In this document: positions 47,101 through 58,859 of the stretch, piece by piece
How the letters are laid out: each line of letters begins with the position of its first letter
How positions within the stretch are numbered: the stretch's first letter is position 1
NCBI RefSeq assembly: GCF_000143415.4
Contig: NW_003314352.1
Span: forward strand, 550,278 to 614,277
Direction of reading: 5' to 3'
Source of the DNA: Selaginella moellendorffii
Lineage: Eukaryota > Plantae > Lycopodiophyta
DNA length: 64,000 bases
The notes under the pieces: generated by a model
Told to the model about the DNA's origin: nothing
The model's database searches: none
What the model saw: the letters and a program-made list of their open reading frames with translations, nothing else
Position numbers and translations under genes: made by a program

Positions 47101-47711
47101 CGCTCTTCACAGGAGAGTTCATCGTCCAGACGCTGAGCACCACCTTCCTGGTCTACCTCTTCGTCATCACGCTCACGCTGTGCCTGCTAGCGGTGCTCGA
47201 GATCCGGTGGTCGGGTATCACCCTGGACGAATGGTGGCGGAACGAGCAGTTCTGGCTGATCGGCGGAACCAGCGCTCACCTCGTGGCGGTCCTCCAGGGG
47301 CTGCTCAAGGTGGTCGCAGGCATTGATATCTCCTTCACGCTCACGTCCAAGGCCGCTGGAGACGAGCAGGACGTGTATGCCGACCTCTACATCGTCAAGT
47401 GGTCGGCGCTCATGATCCCGCCCATCACGATCATGCTCACCAATCTCATCGCCATCGCCGTGGCGGTGTCGCGTGAGATCTACTCCGAGGTCCCGCGCTG
47501 GAGCCAGCTCCTGGGCGGGGTGTTCTTCAGCTTCTGGGTGCTGTGCCATCTCTATCCCTTCGCCAAGGGCCTGATGGGCCGCAAGGGCAGGGCTCCCACG
47601 ATCGTCTTCGTCTGGGCGGGGCTCCTGGCTATCATAATCTCGCTGCTGTGGGTGTCGCTGAGGAACCCTAGCGGCGCCAACAACATTGGAGGGGGATTCC
47701 AGTTCCCATAG
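44190..47711 (+). CDS. CSLD: Cellulose synthase-like D, 3 exons
   Basis: It has the [13 protein letters not shown] start, a Cys-rich Zn finger, [42 protein letters not shown] and QVLRW. Introns are 45074-45137 and 45943-46010. Confidence 0.97.
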
Positions 47712-47969
47712 CCATACCCGAGACAATGCAGCTCCATTCTTCGCCCAGTTGCCGCCGCGGCTGCTCCACGGAGCATTGTAGATCGAGAGAGAAGGACTGG
47801 ATCGATTCGGGGCGATCGATCGATCGATTTTTTGGACGCCAATGCGCGCCGCGAAAGAAAAAAAAAAAACTTTGTGAATAAAGGAACCCTAAATCCAAAA
47901 TGGGTTGAGGTCGAAGAGTTAGGGTTTTCCGGAGCGCAGAGCTAGGCGGGAGAACGCACGCGGCGAGAG

Positions 47970-48719
47970 ATGGTATGTTTTCCTTGTGCTGATCGATCGA
48001 TCGCGCGTTTCTTAGGGTTTTTTTCGCGCAGCTTCCGCTTTCGCTGCTCAAGACAGCGCATGGGCACCCAATGGTGAGTGATGTTCTTCGTTTCCTTCTT
48101 TGTCTGAAAATTCGCTTGGGTAGCTAGTGGAGCTCAAGAATGGAGAGACTTACAATGGGCATTTGGTGAGCTGCGATAGCTGGATGAACATCCATCTACG
48201 AGAAGTTATTTGCACTTCCAAGGCGAGTGATGTTTTCTCCTTCCTTTCTTTTCTCATCCTTCTTCTCTCCAGGATGGAGACCGGTTTTGGAGAATGCCCG
48301 AGTGCTACATCAGGGGCAACACCATCAAGTATCTTCGTGTTCCAGACGAGGTGAGCGATTTCCATTCGCGTTACTGCCGAGCTTGTTTGTGAGGGAGAGA
48401 TCCTCACTCACTTCGTTTGAACCAGGTGATTGACAAGGTCCAAGAAGAAACCAAGCGCTCTGGTAAATCTTCCTCTTCTCCTGGTTCTAGTTTTCTCACA
48501 GATCTGGCTTTACAGATAGAAAGCCCCCGAGCGTCGGGCGTGGCCGCGGAAGAGGGGAGGTTGTAGGACGAGGCAGGGGGCGAGGGCCGCAAGAAGGAGG
48601 CCGAGGAGGCCGTGGAGCTCCAAGAGGAGGCCGAGGTACCAAGTTTGTCTCTGCGAATAAGAACCTTTTTTCACTTCGTTCTTTGCTTTGTTTTTGTAGG
48701 TGGTCGGGGTCGTGGCTGA
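47970..48719 (+). CDS. LSM4: Sm-like protein LSm4, multi-exon
   Basis: The spliced product reads M|[14 protein letters not shown]|[33 protein letters not shown]|[26 protein letters not shown]|VIDKVQEE, with an RG/RGG-rich tail. Confidence 0.95.
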
Positions 48720-48863
48720 TGATTCACATACGTCGCAAAGATCTGGGAAAAGAGAGACTTGTGCATGAAAGTTTTGTAGAGCTCCTCTAAGATTTGAAGA
48801 TTTGAGAGCTACTATTTTCAGTGTATCACCATATCAATTTTATTGGCATCTACAAAACTTTGA

Positions 48864-50343
48864 TCATACTTCAAAGTGATAGTCTTCCAGCCAGATAAGC
48901 ACTTCGTTTCTCTGCAATGAACAAGCAGAAAAAATATGAGATTTCCAAGTGATAAATCTTACTCTTAAGAAAGCTGGAGTGCTATCGGGATCGTTGTAGC
49001 GAGCAAGCAAGTAGCCATCCGCAGGCTTAAGATCATCTCTGCAAAGACTGTCTCTCAAGAGCTTTTGCTTTTCCATGACGAGTTCTTCGGTGACTGCGCC
49101 GCTAAACTTGATCGCAGCAGCGTAGACTCTGCTCACTTCACGTAGAGTTAGCTCACTGGAGTTTGGAGGAGGCAATCTAGAACAATTTAAAGATCAGTAA
49201 TGCTTTACTTGGTTCTACTTACTTCGGGAGCTCGCAATTCAACGGCAAGACAATCTGGATCACGTCGCTGCAATCCTGGCTCTGCCTCGCTGTAAAAACT
49301 GGTGTGGTCATTTTCATCTTCTCCTCGCGTTGGTTCTTTCCAAAGATGTACCTGTTCTCGCGACGTGAAGCGCTTAACTTGCTTAGAATAATAATTTACC
49401 CGGCAACGCTGTTGAAACCGCTTGAGCTAGCCAGTCCATCAGTCGTGGTTTCGACTACTAGAAATGCGTCATACTTCCGAATCTACATTTGTTTTTCAGC
49501 AGTCAGTATTAGAAAAAAAAAGGGGGAAAAGAACAGAACCTCGTAATACTTGGTTCTCTTCAAAGCCGTGTATTTTGGAGTTTCCAAGCCGGGTGTTTTG
49601 AAAGGTCGCATCTATTACAAAAAATCATAAAAGAATCGTCATAGAATAGAGAGCTTGCCTGCTTCAACACGTCCATGACGGCCTCAAACGAGAAATAGTC
49701 ATTGTTGTCTACAGAATCCCAGTAGTCCTGTTCTACAACGAGATGAAGTGCCTGTGAAACGAAAAAGCTCGAAGTTACCACATGGCTGCGAAATCTTCCA
49801 GTGCTCAAGTTGACTCCCATGACCGAAACTCCTGTAATCAGCAGCACTGGCTTCCATGGCAACAGTTTGAAGGTCATGTTCATTGTCCATCGTGTCGTGA
49901 TCTCGTCCTGTTTTGTCTGTGGAAAATCGAGAATACAGCAGCCGAGTCAAGCCTAGAAAACAATGGCCTCGTCAAACCTTCTTGGCCTCGTGAAGGATAA
50001 ATTCGACGTTGAAAACCACGCGGAGGAGCTGGAGGTTGAAAAGGTACCCGCTCAGAGTGTCATACTTGGTGATGGGATCTCTAAACTCCACTCGCTCCTC
50101 GTAGCGGGTCCTGTCGATTCCCTGGTCGTCAAACAGGTGTGGCAAATCCTTCTCCAGGAACCCGACCAAACTTTCCGCATCAGTAGCAACAGGAGTGGCA
50201 GTAGCAGAGACTCGCCTAGACAAGCGGGGCACCGATACTCTGCTGTGGAACTTGGACGGCTTCGCTCCAGGCAGCTTGGGAAACTTACAGCAGCTACGAC
50301 CACCAGAGGCAAAAAACTGTGAGGGAAGAAGTCCCGTCGCCAT
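48864..50343 (-). CDS. SOUL heme-binding family protein with N-terminal SnoaL/DUF2358-like domain (HBP5/At5g20140-like), plastid-targeted, multi-exon
   Basis: After a transit peptide come DLPHLFDDQGID, VEFRDPITK, EITTRWTM...LPWKP and DYWDSVDNNDYFS. SOUL motifs are GFNSVAGYIFG, MTTPVF, AAIKFSG, LARYNDP and RNEVLIWL. Confidence 0.9.
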
Positions 50344-50690
50344 AGCCACCTTTAAGCTGAAGTTAGCATTTGATGAAAGAAAAAATTTATGTAGACCTCT
50401 CAATCTTCAATCTTGGCCATATGAGAGACACCTTGCAGAAAACTACATGTTACTGAAAACTCCAAAGCCTGCATTTAGCATTTAAAAGACGTCAGAGGAA
50501 AATTCTGAGAATGAAAGTTCTACGAACCTCTTTCCTCGTTTTGCTCTTCATTCACTTTGAATCCATGTAGAAACTACATCGTACGCAGTTCCTGGAAAAC
50601 AATTCTTTGTCAGCAAGATAAAGGACCATATTCTGACGAACCTGTTTGCCTCGTTCACGATCCAATTCTCTTTCGTGATATTGCCATGAA

Positions 50691-52478
50691 CTATACCATC
50701 GTTGCAGTCATCAGCTGATTGGAGAGCAGCAAGTATGGAGCCACGCCAGTCTCGTCGTCTTTCAGCCCAAAAAACCTCTTTGAAACTCTCTCCCCGCGCT
50801 GGAACTCTCCATGCGTCTCACACCCTCCAAGCACGGCAGTCCACTCCACAGCATTGGGCTCAAACGGCATCAGCTCGACGAGCTCCTCGGCGTCGTTCAA
50901 TCGGCCAGCTCGTCCCAGGAGATCCAGCATGCAGCAGTAGTGATCCCGCGTCGGGAAGCTGCTAAAGTCGGCGGTGATAGAGTGGAAGTGGCTGCGACCA
51001 TCCTCGACCAGTCCAGCATGGCTGCAAGTCGAGATCACGCACAGGAACGTCACAAAGTCGGGGACGATCCCGTCCAAGTTGAGCAGCCAGTAGAGCTCCA
51101 AAACTCTCCTCCCCTGACCCTTTTGAGCGTAGGACGAGATCATCGCGTTCCAAGTCTCGATCGTCTTCCTCGCCGCCATCTCGTCGAAGATCTCTCTCGC
51201 CTCCGCCAGCTTCCCGCATTTTCCATAGAGGTTGAGCAGCGCGGTCTTGACGATCGCGCACTCACCCAGCTCCTCCACGCCTTGGACGATCCAGTGCACA
51301 GTTCTTCCCTCGTCGAGCCTCGTGAGGTTCGCGCAGGCGTCGAGAACCGTGACGCACGAGATCTTGTCCGCAGTCACTCCTTCCACATCCATCTCGCGGA
51401 AAACTTCGATCGCGAGAGAGTACTCGGCGCTCTGGATCATCGCTCCCATCATCGCATTCCACGACACGAGTGACCTCCCCGGCATCCGCTGGAAAAATCT
51501 CTCGGCCTCGGGGAGCTCTCCATTGGATCCACACGCCACGATCATGCTCGTCCAGCAGACGTGATCCCTGGCGCTGGAAAGCCCGTGGAAGAGCTCCCTC
51601 GCTCGATCGATCTCGCCATTTTCAGCGAAGGCCGCGATCATCGAGGTGTGGAGAATCACATCACCGCCGGAGCTCACCGAGTCATACACCTCCTTGGCGC
51701 TCGCGGTGGATCCAAACTTTCCATACATACTCACGAGCGAGGTAGCGACGAGAACATCCGCGGCCAGGCAAGCGGTAGCGGCGCGCGAGTGAAGATCTTT
51801 GCCGAGCTCCACCGCCAGCGCGGAGGCGCAGGCATCGATGCACGACACGAATGTGATGTGATCCGGCGGCACGTCCATCCGCCGGAACAACGCGATCGCC
51901 TCCGCCGCACGGCCCGCCCGGACGAGCGCGGTGATTATCGTGTTCCAGGATACCACGTCGCGGCGCGGCATCTCCTGGAACAGCGCCTTCGCGTCGTCAA
52001 GATACCCGGTCTGGGCAAATGCTGTAACAATGATGTTCCAGGAGATGCTGTTCTTCCGGATCTCCGGCATCCGGTGGAAGATCGCGCGCACCTCGGCAAG
52101 ATCTCCACCTTGCGCGTAGGCGAGCATCAGCAAGTGCCAGGAGACCGAATTGGGCTCCGCGATGGAGTCGAAGACGCACCGAGCGGATGCCGTGCTGCCG
52201 CAATTGCCATACATCTGGACGAGGAGATTCTGGAGGAAGATGTCGCGCTCCAATCCGGTGTTGACGATGTGCCGGTGGATTCTCCTCCCCTGATCCAGGG
52301 CCTGGCGACTGCCGCATTGGCGGAGGAGCGATGCAAACGTGTTCTTGTCCGCGGTCTCGCTGCGATCCAGGAGACCGAGGCTCGCGGTGAGATGATCCTG
52401 GTGCTTCTTGCCGCCGCTGGAAACGATCCTGGGAGGGATTCTTGCTGCTTGGAAGCGAAACCTTGTCCATTGCTTCAT
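50691..52478 (-). CDS. PLS-class PPR protein with E domain (no DYW), intronless
   Basis: The 595-aa ORF has NLLVQMYGNCG, xSWNxxxxAFAQ repeats, CSHAGLV, HYCCMLDLLGRAG and MPFEPNAVEW. Confidence 0.95.
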   Translation of the reverse strand: MKQWTRFRFQAARIPPRIVSSGGKKHQDHLTASLGLLDRSETADKNTFASLLRQCGSRQALDQGRRIHRHIVNTGLERDIFLQNLLVQMYGNCGSTASARCVFDSIAEPNSVSWHLLMLAYAQGGDLAEVRAIFHRMPEIRKNSISWNIIVTAFAQTGYLDDAKALFQEMPRRDVVSWNTIITALVRAGRAAEAIALFRRMDVPPDHITFVSCIDACASALAVELGKDLHSRAATACLAADVLVATSLVSMYGKFGSTASAKEVYDSVSSGGDVILHTSMIAAFAENGEIDRARELFHGLSSARDHVCWTSMIVACGSNGELPEAERFFQRMPGRSLVSWNAMMGAMIQSAEYSLAIEVFREMDVEGVTADKISCVTVLDACANLTRLDEGRTVHWIVQGVEELGECAIVKTALLNLYGKCGKLAEAREIFDEMAARKTIETWNAMISSYAQKGQGRRVLELYWLLNLDGIVPDFVTFLCVISTCSHAGLVEDGRSHFHSITADFSSFPTRDHYCCMLDLLGRAGRLNDAEELVELMPFEPNAVEWTAVLGGCETHGEFQRGERVSKRFFGLKDDETGVAPYLLLSNQLMTATMV

Positions 52479-52519
52479 TCATCTTCTTCTTCCATAAACC
52501 CTAAATATTGTCTCCAGCC

Positions 52520-53665
52520 ATGGCGGAGCTGCGCGAGCGATTGTGGCGCCCCGCCGCGCAGCGGAATGTGAGGAACGTCTGGTCTTCGATTGCGGCGGCG
52601 CGATCGTCGTGGTCGGCGGCTTCCAGCAAGGGCCTCTCGGCAGCCACTGGATTCGTCAATGCTTTCCTCACGCAGGGGTAGTTCTTCCAATCTGGATCGT
52701 GCTTGCTCCAATCCTTCTTCGCAGATATTTGGTGTCCATGGATTTGGGAGTGCTGGAAGACATGCCTGGCCTGCGATCGGCATCGAGCGAGAAGCTCCTG
52801 TGCCAGCAGGTTTGAATCAAATCGATCTTTTCAGGAAGATTTATTTTTCTTTCATTTGCAGAGATCAAACTGCCAGGAGCTCGTCTCGGCGTACCAAGAG
52901 CTGGTGTGAGTGGATTTTTTCTCCATAGCTTTTGGTTCTTATGCTTGTTTGAGCAGGAAGATGCCACTTCCAGGTTGATTTATGCGGCCAAGTCCATGAG
53001 AACCTACGTGAAGGATTCTGGAAGCGTAGCTACATTCTCGCAAGAGAAAGCTTTCGACGGTGACAATGGCGATGGCGATGGAGCTCCCGTGTTCTCAATG
53101 CTCACTATCAAATGCTACGGTTTGTTTTCTCGATTTCTTGTGTCCGTATTGATCCTTTTGTCTTTGCAGAAGATTTAGCAACGGAGATCACTGCCATGTA
53201 CCTTAGAGAACTAAAGATCAAGGTGACGTTTACAATGCAATGGCTTGCTGATCTTACTTATCAACTTCTTCAGTGGCGCATTGCTTCCAAGCTCTTGGGT
53301 TTCCAGGACAATGAAGTTCTCTCCACAGAGAATCTGAGAGCTCTTCATTGCTTGATGTTCTGCGAGCACGAGTTATCGATAGCTGGACACTGCACAAACC
53401 ACGATTTACCAAGCTCAGCTCTTGACCTTCCCGGAACCAAACTCGAAAGAGAAGCTCTAGAGGTAACTTGCGAGTGTTTTAACCTTCGAAAGGTGCCAAC
53501 CAGCTCTTTATAGGTGTGTTTAACTTCTTGGCTTGCCGAGGCTCAAGTCGAGAAAAACAGGTATGCAAAGCCATGAAAGCACTTTTCTCCTAATTACTGC
53601 AGCTTTACAGGGTCGAAGAAATGCTGGCTATCGTGAATGACGAGATGTCCAAGGATAAAAGATGA
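52520..53665 (+). CDS. Probable conserved plant hypothetical protein, multi-exon
   Basis: In-frame GT-AG exons encode LWRPAAQRNVRNVWS, MDLGVLEDMPGLR, KSMRTY...GDGDGAPVF and LASWLAEAQVEKNR, with the stop at 53665. Confidence 0.75.
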
Positions 53666-53746
53666 GTACAAGGTACTCGGACCTTCCTTCAAGCTTAAAA
53701 GACCGCCTATTCTTTGATTGTGGCGCAGAGATGAGCGCCGTCGAAA

Positions 53747-54319
53747 ATGTGGAGCAACGTGTTTATGGTTCTCTGGCAGATCGTCGCCACTCTCTTGTCA
53801 ATGCGCCAACGCCACCACCATCCAATAAGCCGCTGCTTCCTGTGCGTTCACAATCCAGGTACCGATGAGTCTACAACACTGTGTAGGAAGAAAGCTTGCT
53901 TTTGCTCCCAATGTCTCGAGCAACCAAACGAGCTCTCTCCGTCCTCTGGCGAATTCGACGATGGCCTTGAGACGATCCCGTCCTCATCCTGCTTTCCAGC
54001 CGGTTCCAAGTCCCGGAGAAGAGCGATCAAGCTCGTCACCAAGCGCTGCGTCAACTGTTTGATGGGTTACTCGGCCGACTGTCTAGCATTGTGCTGCTGT
54101 CCGCTCTCGATCCCACACTTTCTCTTCGTCACGCTTCCCGTGCTACTCTACCGCCGGATCTGCAAGCTTACAACGAAAGCCAAGTCGGTGTCAGCGTACC
54201 AGAGGCTGGGCATCAATCCCGACGAGCTCAGGAAACCCAAGGACTCACTACTCAAGGAGGACGAGATCCCTTTCACTGGTTTTGGAGGCGAATACTGGAA
54301 AGAGAATTTCGAATCTTAA
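53747..54319 (+). CDS. Hypothetical Cys-rich membrane-associated protein
   Basis: The 190-aa ORF contains ADCLALCCCP plus a hydrophobic helix, a motif seen in a small plant protein family, and ends FGGEYW. The start codon is uncertain. Confidence 0.55.
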   Translation: MWSNVFMVLWQIVATLLSMRQRHHHPISRCFLCVHNPGTDESTTLCRKKACFCSQCLEQPNELSPSSGEFDDGLETIPSSSCFPAGSKSRRRAIKLVTKRCVNCLMGYSADCLALCCCPLSIPHFLFVTLPVLLYRRICKLTTKAKSVSAYQRLGINPDELRKPKDSLLKEDEIPFTGFGGEYWKENFES

Positions 54320-54416
54320 GAAACGCATAAAGAATATTGTCTTTAAACTTGAAGTTTCAAAATAGTTAATCAAAATATATCTCAAATACAAATTTTATCC
54401 CCATCTTGATTGTCAT

Positions 54417-54454
54417 TCCCTAAACCCTACTCTAAACCCTAAACCTTAAACCTT
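54417..54454 (+). repeat. Degenerate interstitial telomeric-like (CCCTAAA) repeats
   Basis: CCCTAAACCCTACTCTAAACCCTAAACCTTAAACCTTA lies at the boundary between the genes and the TE block. Confidence 0.55.
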
Positions 54455-54999
54455 ATACATTTTCATGAAAATAACATAAATATTATATAATTCTTGCTGT
54501 ATTACATAAATAAGTTCATATGGAATTATAATTTTTAAGAAATCAGAAATAAATATTTCTTTTTAATAATGAAATCTGTATATGACTAACAAACTGACAA
54601 ACAAAAATCAAACATATCATAAAGTTTGTAAACATGTTTGATTATTGTTCATAAAAAATTTAAACTAAAAATTAATTAAATTATTTTAAAGAATATTTTA
54701 TACATAAGGTATAATATATAAAAGGAAAAACATAATTAATTTTTAATAAATATATTTAAGAGATTTTTAAGATTTAAATTTCATGTATTGACTTCTAGAC
54801 CTCCAACTTCAACATTAGAAATAATTTATATAAAATTAATATTAATATAATATAAATAATAAAAATGTTATATGTAATTAAAATTTAATTAAAATTATTG
54901 ATTAAGTTGGTAAATTATAAAAGGTATTTTATAAATTTTTTAATCAATATGAATAATATATATCTTAATTAATAATAAAAGTGTTAACTGTAATATGTA

Positions 55000-56040
55000 A
55001 ATAAAAGGTTAGAAGGATATAAATGCCCCAACGTTTTTAATATCAAATTCCATATAATAATATTTCACCATAAAAACCAAAACATTCTATTGTTTTAAGT
55101 ATTTATCTTAATGCCTTCAAACTCCTTCAATTATACTCAACTCTTTTGGCAGTATTAGATCATAACCATATAGAAGTTTATATGGTAAAACATCAATAAA
55201 ACTCTATACTTTTATAACATATATATACCAAAGAGATAGCAAATAACTATTTTAATTTGAATATTCAAAGCTTACATACTTCACAACCATCCCTTTGAAA
55301 GTCCAAATAAATTATTCTATTAAACCATCCATTTGTGGATGATAAACACTCATGAAAGTATTATAAATCCTTAACCAAGACATTAAAACATGAAATGCCT
55401 CAACTAGAAATATGAGGCTATTATCCAAGAGAATCTACTCTGAATAAAAATATTGGATCACCATTCAATTGAAAAGAAAGTATCTAATAATAGTTACATA
55501 TGCACTAGCAAGAGCATTGATTTCCACTTAGCAAGTCAAGTAGTTGGAGGCAATAATGAGTAGTATTAATGAGCAGTAATAATGAGCAGTTCATTATTAG
55601 CAGTTGACTATAGAAAAAAACCCCATCAAATCAAATGCTACTAACTTAAATAAACGAGAAACTATATAACTATCTTTCTTTAACATGAAGGGGAATATTA
55701 TAAGTTTGACACCAAACATAGCTACATATAAACAAAAATAATATTATATCATATCTTTGGCTAAGATAAAGACCTGTATAACTTTCAAGTCACATGACAA
55801 TATCACATGTACTCATCTAAAATAAAAGAGTCATAGTAAGTATAGAGAAATAAAGTGTGAAATAAAAATTGAAGGCCCTATCATGAATACTTCAGATTTA
55901 TAGCTTAATCTTTGAAGCTTTACAAACTTTATTAAGAGAAGGTAAATTTTATTTGCACCTTGTGGACAATAAATATCAAATATAACAACTATCAACAACA
56001 CTAAATCCTCATCCAAAAAATCCACTTAAGTAAGGGCATC
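55000..56040 (-). mobile_element. Decayed gypsy integrase remnant
   Basis: The minus strand reads SVYHPQMDGLIE at ~55315-55350, matching TAYHPQTDGxxE, and an LLDLLSG/DYLTKW-like stretch lies near 55520-55550. Confidence 0.65.
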
Positions 56041-56089
56041 ACTATTAACTTGTAAACTCCTAAATTTAAACTTCCCAGGAGATCATCCT

Positions 56090-57600
56090 TAAAACTCAAG
56101 AAAATTTAACCTTAAGTATCCCAAAACCATTAACCAACTAAAAAAAAGTGCATTTTATTCATGAGCCCTTTCCTTTTATATTTTAACCCAACTTAGTATT
56201 ATTTAAACTTAAACCCCAAATATCCAAATACCCTTAATCAATTGATAAAGAGGGTATATTTTTATTTATAGGCCCTTTCCTTCTACATTTGAACCCTTAT
56301 AAATCAAATTTAAGCCATTTTGCTTACAAAGTTATAAAACTCTTTAAATAATGAACAACCTTGAAATTATATATCTAAAGCTATAGAGCTCACTAAATAG
56401 TATGGCTAACTAAATTCTTCCACTTTAATAATGAAGTAATTGCAGCATAATCACCTTTTAGTAATATTCAAGAATTATACAAATATACATAAAACTCTCA
56501 AAATCCTAAACTGCTACTAAACACTCCTTTTATGTTATGAAGTAATTTATCTCTACTAATAGCAGTATATAATTGATGTATGTAATGGGATTATGCTAAC
56601 CAAACATAAATATGCTCTCTTGCATCAAAACACCTTTGAGACTGATATAAAAACATCAATATGCAAAATGAAAGGTTAAATGTAGTTAGGATATAGAGTC
56701 ATCACCAACTCTTTGAGATCCACAAAAACCCATTCACAGTCTTTAAATAAAATGAAAGATAATATTAACAACTTCAACACACTCACAATGGCATAGTATG
56801 ATTAAAAAAATTATCAATAAAATGATTGATATATTGCATCTTACCTAAGAAGCACTACACATAATTTACACATCAAATTAAGGAACTTCAAAATAATCAC
56901 AAGTTTATTAAGACCAATTTGCAAACTTTCATACCCTATGACTTCCATGGCAAAATCAAATTGATTTAATTTGCACCGACTAGTGTGCATCTCAAATAGA
57001 GTGGTATCCTTATAAACAATGGGCATTTTGTCTACCAGCTTGGGAAAAAAGTAGCCATAAACTTTGCAAAGAGAACAACTTAAAAAACAATTTATGGGGT
57101 TTAAATATATAAAAGAAAATAGCATATGAATAAAAATGCACCCTTTTTTTTTAATTCGTTAGTCTTGGGATACTTGAGGTTAAGTGTCCTTGTGTTTGAT
57201 TAGTATGAGCTGGATGACTTCTCGAAAAGTCTAGATTCAAAAGTTTATATTTGGTATTAGAGCAGTCTTTAGTCCAACTCTATTGGTTGATTTAGGGGCA
57301 TCATACTATATGTTGAAATTGATATTTAGTAGGTTTAGTTTTCTCCCAGTTTGACTCGAGAATTAAGGTGTCAAGAGGGCATAGCTCTCAGAAGAGCTGC
57401 ATTCTCAACTTCCATTCATGAGGGTGTGAACTTGTGGTGGGTTATAAGTAACCAAGAAAACAATGTAAGAGACAATCCATTGGGTTCAAGTATATAAAGG
57501 AAAAAGGCCTATAAATAAAAGTGCACTCCTTTTTCCAATTTATTAAGGGTCTTGGAATACTTGGAGTTTAGTGTTTTTGGGTTTGAATAGTACTGACCTC
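56090..57600. repeat. Two pairs of ~100-bp related units in inverted orientation
   Basis: 56100-56190 is the degenerate reverse complement of ~57085-57190, and 56210-56300 is that of ~57480-57590. Confidence 0.55.
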
Positions 57601-58422
57601 CTAGAAAGTTCAAATTCATGAATTTATATAATAAAGTACTTAAGATAAATTATGTCTTTAAACCTAAATACTGTAAGCCACAAATTTTTCATTTCCAATT
57701 TGCCAGCTTACCTCGTGTATCCGACCAACACTGCTTTGGCTTTAACTAAGTTCCCTTGCCAAAGTTCCCACCTATTGTACCACCTCCTACTTGGTTTTAC
57801 TTGGCTTTAACTACTCATTGAACGAACAACAAAGTGTTAACCATCCGTCTACAGATTCCCAAATCTCTCCCAATCCCCCTCTCCGGGTTAGATTGAACTT
57901 AAAGTTCAGCTACACTCCCCGTAACCAAGCACACCAAGCCTCCAGATTCCTAACATCCTTTGATACAACAAGACTTGATCATGAGACCCTCTAACTCCCA
58001 AGCTTTGGGTGCCACACTTTGGGATGCCGGGGGGAAACACCGTGGCCTAATAGCCCGGTATAAGTACCTCTACCTCCCCACTTCCATCCCGAAGGGAAGG
58101 CCTAAACCCCTAGGAAGGGTGAGGACTAATGAGCCACAAAGTACTCAAGTGGAGCACCACTCCACATGAACCAAGAGCACCACAATTGGTTTCCCTTTTG
58201 AGAATAGGAGCTGCTCTTAAGCACTTCCTTGGGTGGCCCCTCCGGCACCACTCGAGTCCATGCTCACTCCCAATCTCAACCTCAAGTCAGTTTGGAAGCA
58301 CCACTAGAGAGTTCCTTCAACACTGGTTCCTAAACCTCACTATCCCTACTATACTTTTGGAACCCCCTATAGCCCCCCGGGAGAAACATGCTTTGGGCTT
58401 TCACCCCTCGACCTGTATTAGT

Positions 58423-58720
58423 ACTCGGACTTGGTCTCAAACTCAATCTTGGACTCGATATCGGACCCAACTTCAGACTCGGTCTAGGACCCGACTTCGG
58501 ACTCGGTCTCGGGCTCGATCTCAGACTCAACCTCAGACCTGATCTTAGACTCGACCTCGGACTCAACCTCAGACTTGGTCTCGGACCCGATCTCGGATCT
58601 CGGACTCTGTCTCGAACTCGATCTCAAACTCGGTTTCGGAGTCGATCTCGGACTCGATTCTGGACTCCATCTCGAACTTGATCTTAGAGTCAATCTTGGA
58701 CCCGATCTTAGACTTAGTCC
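58423..58720. repeat. Degenerate hexamer/12-mer tandem minisatellite (ACTCGG/TCTCGG)n
   Basis: This is ~300 bp of CTCGG/CTCGA/CTCAG-cored units with 6-bp periodicity. Confidence 0.85.
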
Positions 58721-58859
58721 CATCCGATAAACTCTTTATCATTTTGGTCGTGCTTTCGGGGATCTTTTAGCCTACAACACCTCGGGGAGTTGGTTCCTTA
58801 CAAATACACACTTTAATGGTTTCAGCTTGAAACCAACTTCTTGCAACTCATTTAACACC

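Noticed and set aside
58423-58720. CRISPR-like array
   Set aside because: It is a continuous degenerate hexamer repeat without unique spacers, in a eukaryotic context with no cas genes.
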